A stretch of 64,000 nucleotides of DNA from an uncultured delta proteobacterium. Its GTDB lineage: Bacteria; Desulfobacterota; Binatia; UBA9968. Under the pieces are notes generated by a model that saw only the letters and a list, made by a program, of their open reading frames with translations, searched no databases and had not been told where the DNA came from. Positions 21,651 through 31,433 of the stretch are shown here, piece after piece (position 1 is the first letter of the stretch; each line of letters begins with the position of its first letter). The position numbers and the translations under genes are program-made. The stretch is taken from assembly GCA_963727625.1 (NCBI GenBank), contig CAVSHR010000011.1, forward strand, positions 320,001 to 384,000. Direction: 5' to 3'.

Positions 21651-22796
21651 ATGAAAAGCAAAGCGACGAGAGTGATCGCGGTGGGATTGACCGCGGGGAT
21701 TGTTTTTGCCGGTGCGGGGGGTGCGGCGGAAAAGGCGATGAAGGACACCAAGACAGCGGCGCAAAAGGTCGTTCCCAGCCAAGTGAAAAAGCAGGCCGCC
21801 AGCGCCGGTGCGACGGCAGCCGCGGCGAAAGCGTTCGCCAAAGTCAGCGCGGTGCTCTACCCCAAGGCCAAGCAGGAAGGAAATTTGATCATTTATTCCG
21901 TGTGGGACGTGGAGCATCTCAAAGTCATTACCGAAGCCTTCATGAAGCGATATCCGGGTATCAAAGCAACCTATTGGCAGGGCAGGAACCCCGAGATCAT
22001 CACGCGCGCATTGACGGAGTTTCAAGGCGGTCAAGCGAGCTTCGACATCGTGCTTTCGGACAATGCCCCGCCGGTGATCCGCGCCGCGGGCGGCATCATG
22101 AGCTACGACACCGTACAGGGCGATGTCCTGTACCTGCATGATCCGACTATGGCGACGGTGAGTTTGCAAATTCAGGCGTTGGCCTACAATACCAAGAAAA
22201 TGAAACCGGCGGATTTGCCGAAAAGTTGGGAAGAGGTCGCCAATCCGAAGTACAAAGGCATGATCGCGCTCGACGATCCGATGCGCGCCGGACCGCTCAG
22301 CTCCATGCTCTCGGGATTGAAAACCCAGTGGAACGACGATGCTCGCTTTGCCAGGTTTCTGAAGGGACTCAAGGCCCTGAAGGTGCCCGTGCACAAGAGC
22401 ACGAGCGCCATGTTTCGCCTGGTTATTGCCGGCGAGTATGCGATCTGCATGCCGGCGCTTCTCCATGATGTCATCGAAGAAATGCATAAGGGCACACCGG
22501 TTAGCTACGTTAAGTCCGTGGCGCCGGTAGTCTTCCCGCGCCAGGCGGCAATCTACGCCAAGGCGCCGGACCCCAATGCGGCAAAGCTGTTTGCCGAATG
22601 GATGATTTCAGAGGAGGGCCAGAAAACCATTGATTCGATTGGCCGCGAGTCCTCGCGCACCGACTTCAAGTCGCGCACTTCGATCGAATCGGCCTTCGGC
22701 AAGGACACCAAGCCGTTACCGGTTACGGATAAACTCTTTCTCGAAAATCCGAAGAAATGGCTCGATATAAACGTCAAACCGATTTGGGAAGGGTAG
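21651..22796 (+). CDS. ABC transporter substrate-binding protein (Fe3+/thiamine/polyamine cluster)
   Basis: Signal peptide, AKQEGNLIIYS, PKSWEEVANPKYKG, APDPNAAKLFAEWMISEEGQ. Confidence 0.9.
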   Translation: MKSKATRVIAVGLTAGIVFAGAGGAAEKAMKDTKTAAQKVVPSQVKKQAASAGATAAAAKAFAKVSAVLYPKAKQEGNLIIYSVWDVEHLKVITEAFMKRYPGIKATYWQGRNPEIITRALTEFQGGQASFDIVLSDNAPPVIRAAGGIMSYDTVQGDVLYLHDPTMATVSLQIQALAYNTKKMKPADLPKSWEEVANPKYKGMIALDDPMRAGPLSSMLSGLKTQWNDDARFARFLKGLKALKVPVHKSTSAMFRLVIAGEYAICMPALLHDVIEEMHKGTPVSYVKSVAPVVFPRQAAIYAKAPDPNAAKLFAEWMISEEGQKTIDSIGRESSRTDFKSRTSIESAFGKDTKPLPVTDKLFLENPKKWLDINVKPIWEG

Positions 22797-22828
22797 CGAT
22801 AGGCCAGCCATTTAAATTTCAAAGGGCC

Positions 22829-22871
22829 GGGGGAATAGAGTTTGTCAGAACTCTGTTCCCCCTTGTTTTTC
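22829..22871 (+). terminator. rho-independent terminator
   Basis: GGGGGAATAGAGTT-loop-AACTCTGTTCCCCC followed by TTGTTTTTT after the ABC operon. Confidence 0.7.
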
Positions 22872-23059
22872 GGGGAGTAAATCGGTGACTAGCGATTGCC
22901 TAAACGCTTATATTTAGCGCCGCGGATTGTAGAAAAGCCTAACTTCCTGTGCTAGTTTTAGCCAACCTTAGGCGCAGCACGCATCCGGGAACGATTACGC
23001 GATGTTCGCTGCATGCCTCTCCGGTTAGCGAGCCGGATGCAAACAGGACGGACCCCTAC

Positions 23060-23150
23060 GGAGAGATGGCCGAGTGGTCTAAGGCGCACGCCTGCTAAGC
23101 GTGTGTACCCCAAAAGGGTACCGAGGGTTCAAATCCCTCTCTCTCCGCCA
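23060..23150 (+). tRNA. tRNA-Ser(GCT)
   Basis: GGAGAGA...TCTCTCC-G-CCA, anticodon arm CACGC-CT GCT AA-GCGTG, long variable arm. Confidence 0.95.
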
Positions 23151-23232
23151 TTTGTTAATTCGCATGGCATATCGATCACCTCAGGTTACAGACTCCCGGT
23201 TAGCGCTATTCTGTAATCTTGGAGGTTGGCAA

Positions 23233-23309
23233 GCGCCCGTAGCTCAATTGGACAGAGCACCAGACTACGAATCTGGGGGTTGGGGGTTCGAATCCCTCCG
23301 GGCGCGCCA
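23233..23309 (+). tRNA. tRNA-Arg(ACG)
   Basis: GCGCCCG...CGGGCGC-G-CCA, anticodon arm CCAGA-CT ACG AA-TCTGG, 77 nt. Confidence 0.96.
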
Positions 23310-23379
23310 GCGCTTCGGGCCGACCGTGAATACTAAAATCTCACAATATTTTAGGTTAGTCGGCAACGCCGATTTGGCT

Positions 23380-23634
23380 ATGCGTGCAGCGGTTCTATTC
23401 TGCGGTGCAATTCTTTGGGCCTGCCTTTCCGCCTGCGCCTCTAGCACCCCGGCCAATCCCAACCTGCGCAAGGAAACGCCGCGAGGCTTCTTTGAAAGAT
23501 TGACCGACCAACTCACCGAACGGGAATGTAACGTTTTCCGTTTTACCTGTCCTTACGGCCTTGGGCCGGCCGGAGAGCCCTGCGAATGCACGGATCCGCG
23601 GGGGATTGTTTTAGAAGGCCGGACAGTTAAATAA
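23380..23634 (+). CDS. small Cys-containing putative lipoprotein
   Basis: Signal with lipobox-like LSAC and four mature Cys (C-x6-C...C-x-C). Confidence 0.6.
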   Translation: MRAAVLFCGAILWACLSACASSTPANPNLRKETPRGFFERLTDQLTERECNVFRFTCPYGLGPAGEPCECTDPRGIVLEGRTVK

Positions 23635-23845
23635 TCCGATTTTTGCGGGTAGCCATTAAATTATTGTTCGGCCTGTACAGCCTTGGCGATTAGCCAAATT
23701 TGAACATTGCTCGCGGTAGTCGATTTTGAGTATTTGCCACCCCTTAGAAGTAACCGTTTAACCGGGCCGGGCGCTGTCGAAGCGAGCCGCCGAAACATTT
23801 CGGGTGGGCATGGGAGTTGCTCATGGCGATGGTAGTATCAAGGCG

Positions 23846-24241
23846 ATGACCCGGGAAGATTCTAAAACCGTACTGATCATTGAAAAGGAGCCAAACAATA
23901 CGCAGCTATTGGTCAAGCAGGTTTTGTTTGCAGGTCTCAATCCGGTGGTTGCGGTTACCGGCGAGGGTGGGGTTCGTAAGGCGATCGAGCATGCGCCGGA
24001 TTTAATCCTCCTCGAATTGGGCCTCGCGGATATGGATGGATTGCGCTGTGTGTCGCTGTTAAAGGAACAGCCGAAGCTAAAAAAAATTCCCATCGTGGCG
24101 ATGAGTATTTTTCCGTATTTGAAAGCTAATGCACTTCATGGCGGTTGCGACGATTTTATGAAAAAGCCGGTCAAAATGATTGAATTGATGGCTTATATTC
24201 GAACCTACCTGCGCCAGGCGGCGCCTGTGCAGAAATCATAA
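23846..24241 (+). CDS. stand-alone receiver domain protein (atypical, Asp to Glu)
   Basis: CheY fold: VLIIEKE, PDLILLELGLADMDG, IPIVAMS, DDFMKKP. Confidence 0.85.
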   Translation: MTREDSKTVLIIEKEPNNTQLLVKQVLFAGLNPVVAVTGEGGVRKAIEHAPDLILLELGLADMDGLRCVSLLKEQPKLKKIPIVAMSIFPYLKANALHGGCDDFMKKPVKMIELMAYIRTYLRQAAPVQKS

Positions 24242-24564
24242 GCGGCGCAGCGCCGCGACCTGCCGATCCCGAATCGAATTTTTTGCGCTGCGCCTGCTCA
24301 AGGCCCTCGCTCCGGGCCGAATTTTGTTCGTCGATCGCACCGGTGCGGTTTCCCCTGCTCTCCTGCCATTACCCTGCGAAACTGTTGAGGCTGATAAACC
24401 GCCTGCCGCGATTTCATCCTCGCTTTTACTTAAGGCTCGGAGGACTTGTCGGAAAACCGCGAAAGTTGTAGTAGGGTTCGTGGAGCGATCTAGCTCTCTT
24501 TTGTCGGTGTTGAGGTTGGAGTTCGGCGAAAAGGCGGGCGAAAAGAGAAAGGAGATCCACGGTC

Positions 24565-25383
24565 ATGTCGGTCGTAACGATTTCTCATGCAGCCTACAGT
24601 GGCGGGGCCACAATCGCGGAAAAAGTCGCATCGATGCTCAATTATCGTTCGGTCGACCGTGAAGTGTTGATCGAAGCGAGCAAGCGTTACGGGATTCCTG
24701 AGGCGAAGTACACCGAGATGCTTGAAACCGAAGGTCACTGGTGGGAGCGCTGGCGCGAAAGCCTGCGGCTTTATCGAATCACCCTGCAAGCAGCCATGTG
24801 TGAAGTGGCCTCGGAAGACCGGCTGGTTTATTATGGCCGGGCTGGCCGGCAGCTTCTTCCTGGGATCAAGCATGTCCTGAGGGTGCTCATCGTTGCGCCG
24901 ATGGAATTCCGGATTGAACTGGTGCGCGCACAGAAGGGCATGGACGACGAAACTGCCCGTCAGTATCTGCGCGAGCTCGATCGTGTGCGCAGCCGGCGCT
25001 TTCGCGCGCTGTTCAATGACGACTGGCAGGACCCGGTCGGCCAAGATTTGGTTTTGAACGGCGCAAGGTTTTCGGCGGAGAGCGGTGCTTCGCTGATCGC
25101 CGACACGGTGCGGCGGCCGGAGTTTCAGCCAAGTCCCGAGTCAAAAAAGGCCTTCGAGGATCTAGCCACTACGGCGCACGTCCAGGCGGCATTGATCACT
25201 TCGCCGAAGACCCGCAACGTCGTGCTCAACGTCAAGAGCGACGATGGTCGCGTAAGCATCTCCGGCATCCTGGCGGACCCCGATTTGGAAAAAGAAATTA
25301 CGCGTATCGCCAAAGAAGTCAAAGGTGTCACGGAAGTTGCGACCGATATCGAACCTCCGCCGATTGAATACATGCATCCATAA
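24565..25383 (+). CDS. cytidylate kinase-like family protein with C-terminal BON domain
   Basis: VVTISHAAYSGGATIAEKVA, VYYGRAG, VLIVAPMEFRI, then BON-like GRVSISG...AKEVKGVTEV. Confidence 0.85.
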   Translation: MSVVTISHAAYSGGATIAEKVASMLNYRSVDREVLIEASKRYGIPEAKYTEMLETEGHWWERWRESLRLYRITLQAAMCEVASEDRLVYYGRAGRQLLPGIKHVLRVLIVAPMEFRIELVRAQKGMDDETARQYLRELDRVRSRRFRALFNDDWQDPVGQDLVLNGARFSAESGASLIADTVRRPEFQPSPESKKAFEDLATTAHVQAALITSPKTRNVVLNVKSDDGRVSISGILADPDLEKEITRIAKEVKGVTEVATDIEPPPIEYMHP

Positions 25384-25497
25384 TTCACGCGTTCATTAAC
25401 GCGAACCGACGCGAATCAAACATTCAGCAAATTGAGTTCGGGGAATTTATTCGCTGGGCACGCCGTGATAATATCCGAACGTCGAGGGGAAACGCCC

Positions 25498-26007
25498 ATG
25501 GAAATGTACGATGTCGAGTATATGCGCCTGGCGCTGGCGGCGGCACGTGACGCAGCCGGTAGAGGCGAGGTTCCGGTTGGAGCAGTGATCGTTTCGGCGG
25601 GGGAAGTTCTCGGCACCGGTTGCAACCGCCGGGAGGAACGCCAGACGCCATTAGGACACGCGGAGATTTCGGCGATCGAGGAAGCGGCTGGCCGTCTGCG
25701 AAGCTGGCGCCTGGATCAGTGCGATATCTACGTGACGCTAGAGCCATGCCTGATGTGCATGGGGGCGATTTTGCAAGCCAGGATGCGCCGGCTAGTGTTT
25801 GCATCCCTCGATCCGAAAGCTGGCGCAGTTGAATCTCTTTATCATTTGTGTGAGGATCAGCGCCTCAACCATCAACTGCCCGCGACCGGCGGTGTCCTGG
25901 CTGAACAGTCGGCGGCTCTGCTCGCCGAATTTTTTATCCGCCTCAGGTCGCGAAATCGCCAAACTCAGAAAGCGGAGAGGTGGCCGAGCCCGGTTGAAGG
26001 CGCTTGA
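25498..26007 (+). CDS. tadA: tRNA-specific adenosine deaminase
   Basis: GEVPVGAVIV, HAEI, TLEPCLMCMGAI, LDPKAGA, LNH. The 3' end runs into tRNA-Ser(CGA). Confidence 0.95.
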   Translation: MEMYDVEYMRLALAAARDAAGRGEVPVGAVIVSAGEVLGTGCNRREERQTPLGHAEISAIEEAAGRLRSWRLDQCDIYVTLEPCLMCMGAILQARMRRLVFASLDPKAGAVESLYHLCEDQRLNHQLPATGGVLAEQSAALLAEFFIRLRSRNRQTQKAERWPSPVEGA

Positions 26008-26065
26008 CTCGAAATCAAGTGTACGGGGAACCGTACCGGGGGTTCGAATCCCTCCCTCTCCGCCA
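25974..26065 (+). tRNA. tRNA-Ser(CGA)
   Basis: GGAGAGG...CCTCTCC-G-CCA, anticodon arm CTTGA-CT CGA AA-TCAAG, long variable arm. Confidence 0.95.
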
Positions 26066-26582
26066 AAATTTTCACTTTCATATTCAGCGGTTTACCCCTT
26101 CTCATTGGTTTCCAGTCAAAAGGCAGTTTCAGGACAATTTAGCGGGTGCCTATAGAAAACGGCGAGAATCGGATTGTCGACGGATAAATTCGGCTGTGCG
26201 TGATATTTTGCCCCGATGCCTGGTCAGAAATCCTATCGTGCCGCACTATCCTAAGGTACATGACGTCTTCCCCGATTCTGGTCTCACAGCTAACTCAATT
26301 AAGCGCTTGTTGATGATTGCGGATGGACGCATTTTCCAATTGCGACTGTGAAGCGCTCGATCGCCTGGTCAACGCGGCGGCCTTGGGTCCCATGCTGACG
26401 CGTTGACCGACGGCGGAAGCTGCGATTTTACCGATGCAGGGCCTGTTTTCTCGCCCCATGCCTTGCGAGCTTTGCGTCGAAATCCGCCTGTGGGATGGCC
26501 AGCGGGAAGCTCAGTGCCAGCGGAAGGATGCGCCGGTATGTCGGGAGATTGAGAAAATCAAACGTCGGTATTAGAAATCTGC

Positions 26583-26867
26583 TCAACGGCTGGTAGTGCT
26601 CTTGCGATCGAGCGACCAGGCGCCGTCGTCGTCAAAGATCGCCTCTCGGAAAAGCGTATCGTAGAAAACATCGATCATATCACCATTGCCGCGGATTCTA
26701 GCGACTCGCAGCGATGTCCAGATATCTTCCCACGGGATAAGCTTCATTGGGGCGTGGCCTGGCGAACCTGGCTCGATTGAGCCAAGGCCCGTCGGTTGAG
26801 TTTTACCCTCCTTGGCCGCGCGCGGATCAGCCATCTTGTCTTTTGAAATCAAATCCCGAAATCGCAT
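26583..26867 (-). CDS. small hypothetical protein (alternative start 26834)
   Basis: 94-aa ORF located just downstream of a consensus sigma-54 promoter. Confidence 0.5.
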   Translation of the reverse strand: MRFRDLISKDKMADPRAAKEGKTQPTGLGSIEPGSPGHAPMKLIPWEDIWTSLRVARIRGNGDMIDVFYDTLFREAIFDDDGAWSLDRKSTTSR

Positions 26868-26951
26868 CGAATAAATTCTTGCTGAGTTTGGTATTGGTTG
26901 GCGCAGTTCACGGCTGAACGAGTAAACCGAGAAGCGCTGACAACCGTTCTG

Positions 26952-26967
26952 AGCAATTGCAGTGCCA
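26952..26967 (-). promoter_or_regulatory. sigma-54 (-24/-12) promoter
   Basis: Minus strand TGGCACTGCAATTGCT is an exact TGGCAC-N5-TTGCT match. An IHF-like AATCAAGTAGTTT (26987-26999) and AT-rich DNA lie upstream. Confidence 0.75.
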
Positions 26968-27317
26968 TTTTTGTAAATCTATGAAAAATCAAGTAGTTTC
27001 GTCGCTGGGGTACGTCGATGGAAAAGCGAGATACGTAAACATTTCTAACAATAACTTTAATGATTGCGTTTCATTTTTCGAATTTAATTACAATATATGT
27101 TTATTAATCGGACTTTAGCGTCGGTTTAAAATTTAGCTCCGAAGGCCGCAAAAAACGTTAAGAGATTTAACATGAAAGGCAGTAAATCCATTCTTTGAGT
27201 GAGCCGCTTGTGGAAAAAGTTATTCAGTTCGCTGATAAGCGTTTTGTAGAAAATCACTTGACTCTATGTTAGCTTCACATCACGCGCCGACGATCGGTGG
27301 ACGGTTTACTCAAGCTG

Positions 27318-27410
<93 letters not shown>

Positions 27411-27493
27411 GGAATGAATGGGTTTGATTGAGGGTCGGTTATATTCCGAATTCTTTCGTCCCAAAGCGCTCGTTAAGCCGAACTGAATTCGAT

Positions 27494-27625
<132 letters not shown>

Positions 27626-27698
27626 GGAAAATAAATTATAAATCATGGCGGGCCGGCGTGTTCGTCGGCTTCGGAACCGATCATCCCGCGTCGATTTT

Positions 27699-29390
27699 AT
27701 GTCTTACCTGGTCATTGCCCGGAAGTGGCGCCCGCAAATTTTTTCGGATATTGCAGGGCAGGAGCATATTACTCGGACTTTGCAAAATGCCATCCGCGCT
27801 AATCGCATCGCGCATGCGTTTCTATTTACCGGGGTCCGCGGGGTCGGCAAGACGACCGCTGCGCGGGTGCTCGCCAAAGCGTTGAACTGTGCCAAAGGGC
27901 CTACGCCGAATCCCTGTAATGAATGTAATCAATGCCGAGAGATTTCTCAGGGCAACTCCATCGACGTGTTCGAAATCGACGGCGCGTCGAACCGAGGCAT
28001 TGATGAAATAAGACAGATCATCGAAAACGTTCGTTATCAGCCGGCCAATTCCAGATTTAAAATTTACATCATCGACGAAGTGCATCAGGTGACCAAGGAC
28101 GCCTTCAATGCTTTGCTTAAAACGTTGGAGGAGCCGCCGCCGTCGGTAAAGTTTATTCTGGCCACCACCGAACCACAGCGGTTACCGGCGACTATCCTGT
28201 CGCGCTGCCAACGCTATGATTTCCGCCGTATCAATCTCCGTGAAATCGTCGAACGCCTCGGCGCCATCGCCCAGAGCGAGGGGCTCGCCATTACCGAGGG
28301 TGCCCTGGTACTGTTGGCGCGGGAAGCCGACGGCAGTATGCGCGATGCCCAGTCGTTGCTTGAGCAGGTTCTCGCCGTTGGCGCGAATATCGACGGCGAG
28401 ACCAAACGCGGCGCGGTGGATGAAACGTTGCTCCAAGACGTATTGGGCCTGGCGGAGCGGCGGGTTCTTTACGAGATTTCCGCCTCGGTGCTTGCGGGGG
28501 ATTCTCGCCGCTGCGTCGAACTGGTGGCTGCAGTCGTCAATCAAGGCCGTGACATCAATCGACTTTCGCGCGATCTGGTCGAGCACTTCAGAAATCTGCT
28601 GGTGGCGCGCCTGGCGGGCAAGAGCCAGGATGGAGCGTCGGGCAGTACGGCTAGAGCGAGCTTGAGCGCGCCCCTGTTGGATTTACCCGATCAAGAAATT
28701 GCCGATCTCAGCGAGCAGTCCCGGCCATTGTCGGTCGAAACGCTACTCGATTACTTCGATTTCATGAGCGCGGGCGATGAAGACGTGAGTCGTTCGGTAA
28801 CACCGCGCTTCGCCCTCGAAAGCGTTTTAGTGCGCCTGGCAGGTTTGCCGAAGACGCTACCGGTAAGCGAGCTCATCGGGCGTCTGGAGCGGCTCGAAAG
28901 CAAGGCGCCGCAGCCGCTCCTCGGCGGCAGCGTTGCGCCACGGGTTAATCCGTTGAAGGAAACAACGTTTGCTCCGGCGCCCGCGGTCCTGCCGAGAGAA
29001 GCGGCGGCGCCGGTCAGCCCAACCGATCGCTGGCGCGAGTTTGTCACGCACGTGGGCCGAGAGAAAAAATTCTTGGCCTCCCACCTCGATGCCAGCAAGG
29101 CGTTGGAGCTGCCACCGCAGCGATTGCGCATCGGTGTTTCGGAGCGGCATCACTTGGCGTTCCTGCTTGACGGAGATAATCTAATCGCGCTCAAGGAGCT
29201 AGCCAATAGTTTTTTCGCTCAGGATGTCAACGTGCAGATCGTCAACATGACGTCGGAACGTACGAGCGGCGGCACCGAAGCGGCTTCCGCTGCGAGGCCT
29301 AACGCCGCCGACGAGCGAACCCCAATGGTCAAAGAGGCACTGCGCATATTCGGTGGATCGGTGCGGAATGTGCGCAAGGACAAGGGTTAG
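27699..29390 (+). CDS. dnaX: DNA polymerase III subunit gamma/tau
   Basis: MSYLVIARKWRPQ, GVRGVGKT, Zn motif, IIDEVH, FNALLKTLEEPP, SRCQ. Confidence 0.97.
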   Translation: MSYLVIARKWRPQIFSDIAGQEHITRTLQNAIRANRIAHAFLFTGVRGVGKTTAARVLAKALNCAKGPTPNPCNECNQCREISQGNSIDVFEIDGASNRGIDEIRQIIENVRYQPANSRFKIYIIDEVHQVTKDAFNALLKTLEEPPPSVKFILATTEPQRLPATILSRCQRYDFRRINLREIVERLGAIAQSEGLAITEGALVLLAREADGSMRDAQSLLEQVLAVGANIDGETKRGAVDETLLQDVLGLAERRVLYEISASVLAGDSRRCVELVAAVVNQGRDINRLSRDLVEHFRNLLVARLAGKSQDGASGSTARASLSAPLLDLPDQEIADLSEQSRPLSVETLLDYFDFMSAGDEDVSRSVTPRFALESVLVRLAGLPKTLPVSELIGRLERLESKAPQPLLGGSVAPRVNPLKETTFAPAPAVLPREAAAPVSPTDRWREFVTHVGREKKFLASHLDASKALELPPQRLRIGVSERHHLAFLLDGDNLIALKELANSFFAQDVNVQIVNMTSERTSGGTEAASAARPNAADERTPMVKEALRIFGGSVRNVRKDKG

Positions 29391-29448
29391 CGGCAAACGA
29401 GCTGCTACACCCGGAGCGGCCAACTTTAAATTCCAAGGAGGAGGGTCG

Positions 29449-29772
29449 ATGGCAAGCATAGGCGCAATGGGCGATCTCTTGAAGCAAGCCCAGGAAATGC
29501 AGGCGCGAATGGCCAAGATTCAAGAAGCGCTGGCCTCTAAAACGGTGCAGGGCTCCGCCGGCGGAGGCATGGTTCAAGTGACGGTCAACGGGCAGTTCAA
29601 CATTACTCAAGTGCAAATCGAACCGTCGGTGATCAATGCGGCGGAAAAGGACATGTTGGAAGATCTGATCCTCGCGGCGGTAAATGACGGCATGCGCAAG
29701 GCCCGCGAGCTGGCGTCGGCGGAAATGAGCAAGCTCACCGGAGGAATGAAGATCCCAGGATTGATGCCATGA
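29449..29772 (+). CDS. ybaB: YbaB/EbfC nucleoid-associated protein
   Basis: LLKQAQEMQ...GSAGGGMVQVTVNG...MLEDLILAAVN; lies between dnaX and recR. Confidence 0.95.
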   Translation: MASIGAMGDLLKQAQEMQARMAKIQEALASKTVQGSAGGGMVQVTVNGQFNITQVQIEPSVINAAEKDMLEDLILAAVNDGMRKARELASAEMSKLTGGMKIPGLMP

Positions 29773-30389
29773 TCCTCTATCCCGCTCCTCTTGATCGTCT
29801 CGTTCAAGAACTGTCAAGGCTCCCAGGCATTGGTGAAAAGAGCGCGGCGCGTTTGGCCTTCCACATGCTCAAAGGCAACAAGGATGACGTGATGCGGCTG
29901 GCCGACAGCATTGCCAAATTGCGCCAAGAAATGGGTTTGTGCCGGCTTTGTTTCGGTTTCAGTGAAGTCACGCCGCACGACGACGACGGTGCGCTCTGCG
30001 GCATCTGCCGTAGCGCCGGAAGGGAAGCCGATAAGATCTGCGTCGTCGAGGAACCGGCTGATTTGATCGCTGTCGAGAAATCACAGGAATACCGCGGCCT
30101 GTATCACGTGATCCACGGCACCATTTCGCCGCTCGACGGCGTTGGGCCGGACGCATTGCGCATCAAGGAATTGATCGAACGGCTGCGCGACGGGGCGGTC
30201 AAAGAAGTCATCGTCGCGACCAACCCGACCATGGACGGCGAAGCGACGGCGCTCTATCTTTCCAAGGTGATCAAACCGATGGGGGTTTCGGTGACCCGCA
30301 TTGCCCGCGGCCTGCCGATGGGTGGCGACCTGGAATACACCGACGCGGTGACCTTGGGCAAAGCCCTCGAGGGCCGGCGTGAAATCTAG
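29769..30389 (+). CDS. recR: recombination mediator RecR
   Basis: LPGIGEKSAARLAF, C4 zinc finger, TOPRIM (ATNPTMDGEATA), RIARGLPMGGDLEY. Confidence 0.97.
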   Translation: MILYPAPLDRLVQELSRLPGIGEKSAARLAFHMLKGNKDDVMRLADSIAKLRQEMGLCRLCFGFSEVTPHDDDGALCGICRSAGREADKICVVEEPADLIAVEKSQEYRGLYHVIHGTISPLDGVGPDALRIKELIERLRDGAVKEVIVATNPTMDGEATALYLSKVIKPMGVSVTRIARGLPMGGDLEYTDAVTLGKALEGRREI

Positions 30390-30401
30390 TGGCGGAGCAA
30401 A

Positions 30402-31433
30402 CTAAAAAATTTTTCTACCGACATCGATCGCCAGCCAGAATAACATTGCGATCAACGCCGAGGCGGGGATCGTCAATATCCAAGCCCAGACGATTCGTCC
30501 CGCTACATTCCAGCGCACCGATTTTAGCCGTCTAAGCGAGCCCACACCGATGATCGCTCCGGTAATCGTATGAGTGGTGGACACCGGGATGCCGAAATGG
30601 GCAGCGCTGAAGAGGGTAACGGCTCCGGCCGCCTCGGCAGCGAAGCCGCCCATGGGTTGCAAGCGGGTGATGCGCGAGCCCATCGTGTGCACGATACGCC
30701 AGCCGCCCGATAACGTTCCCAAGCCGATGGCCGCGTGGGCGAGCAAGACAATCCAAAATGGAATCATCAGTTTTCCCGCAGGATCACTGACCAGATGACG
30801 ATAATCGGCAACGGTAAAAAGGGCGCCGGCAATGATGCCCATGGTTTTTTGCGCATCGTTGGTGCCATGCCCGAGGCTGTAAGCCGCGGCCGACAACAGC
30901 TGCCCGCGGCGGAAAAAGTGATCCACGTTGGATGGAATCGCGCGCTTGAAGATATGCAGGATGGCCATCAGATTGAGCATGCCCAATCCCATGCCCATCA
31001 CGGGGGCTAAGACGATGAAGATCAAAGTACTCACCCAGCCTCCGGGAATGATGACACCGAGCCCCGCCTTGGCGACACCGGCCCCGGCGTAGGCGCCGAT
31101 CAGGGCGTGCGACGAACTGGTCGGTAGACCGATGTACCAGGTGATCAGGTCCCAGGTGATCGCGCCGAGCAGTCCGGCAAGAATCACATAGGAATCCACC
31201 TGCTGGACATCGAGCAGGCCGCTGCCGATGGTCTTGGCGACCGCGGTGCCGAAGGTAAAGGCGGCGACGAAATTCCAAACCGCCGCCCAGGCAACGCCTT
31301 GAAGCGGGGTGAGGACACGGGTGGAAACCACCGTGGCGATCGAGTTTGCCGCGTCGTGAAAACCATTGACATAATCGAAAACCAGGGCGATGGCGATAAT
31401 CAGTGCCGTTAGAATAAATACCGGATCAGCCAT
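30402..31433 (-). CDS. pit: inorganic phosphate transporter (PiT family)
   Basis: NGFHDAANSIATVV, GLPTSSSHAL, HGTNDAQK, PVSTTH. Confidence 0.96.
   Translation of the reverse strand: MADPVFILTALIIAIALVFDYVNGFHDAANSIATVVSTRVLTPLQGVAWAAVWNFVAAFTFGTAVAKTIGSGLLDVQQVDSYVILAGLLGAITWDLITWYIGLPTSSSHALIGAYAGAGVAKAGLGVIIPGGWVSTLIFIVLAPVMGMGLGMLNLMAILHIFKRAIPSNVDHFFRRGQLLSAAAYSLGHGTNDAQKTMGIIAGALFTVADYRHLVSDPAGKLMIPFWIVLLAHAAIGLGTLSGGWRIVHTMGSRITRLQPMGGFAAEAAGAVTLFSAAHFGIPVSTTHTITGAIIGVGSLRRLKSVRWNVAGRIVWAWILTIPASALIAMLFWLAIDVGRKIF

Noticed and set aside
23013-23379. ORFs overlapping tRNA-Ser(GCT) and tRNA-Arg (also 25799-26351, 27369-27593)
   Set aside because: They are translations of tRNA or SRP sequence with no protein-family features.
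26980-27300. AT-rich region as a possible replication origin
   Set aside because: Only one imperfect DnaA-box-like 9-mer was seen and dnaA/dnaN are not nearby. Divergent promoter regions explain it better.
29055-29075. A-run in dnaX (GAG AAA AAA TTC) as a gamma/tau frameshift site
   Set aside because: It does not fit the A AAA AAG heptamer or a 9-A slippage run, and no stimulatory hairpin is evident.
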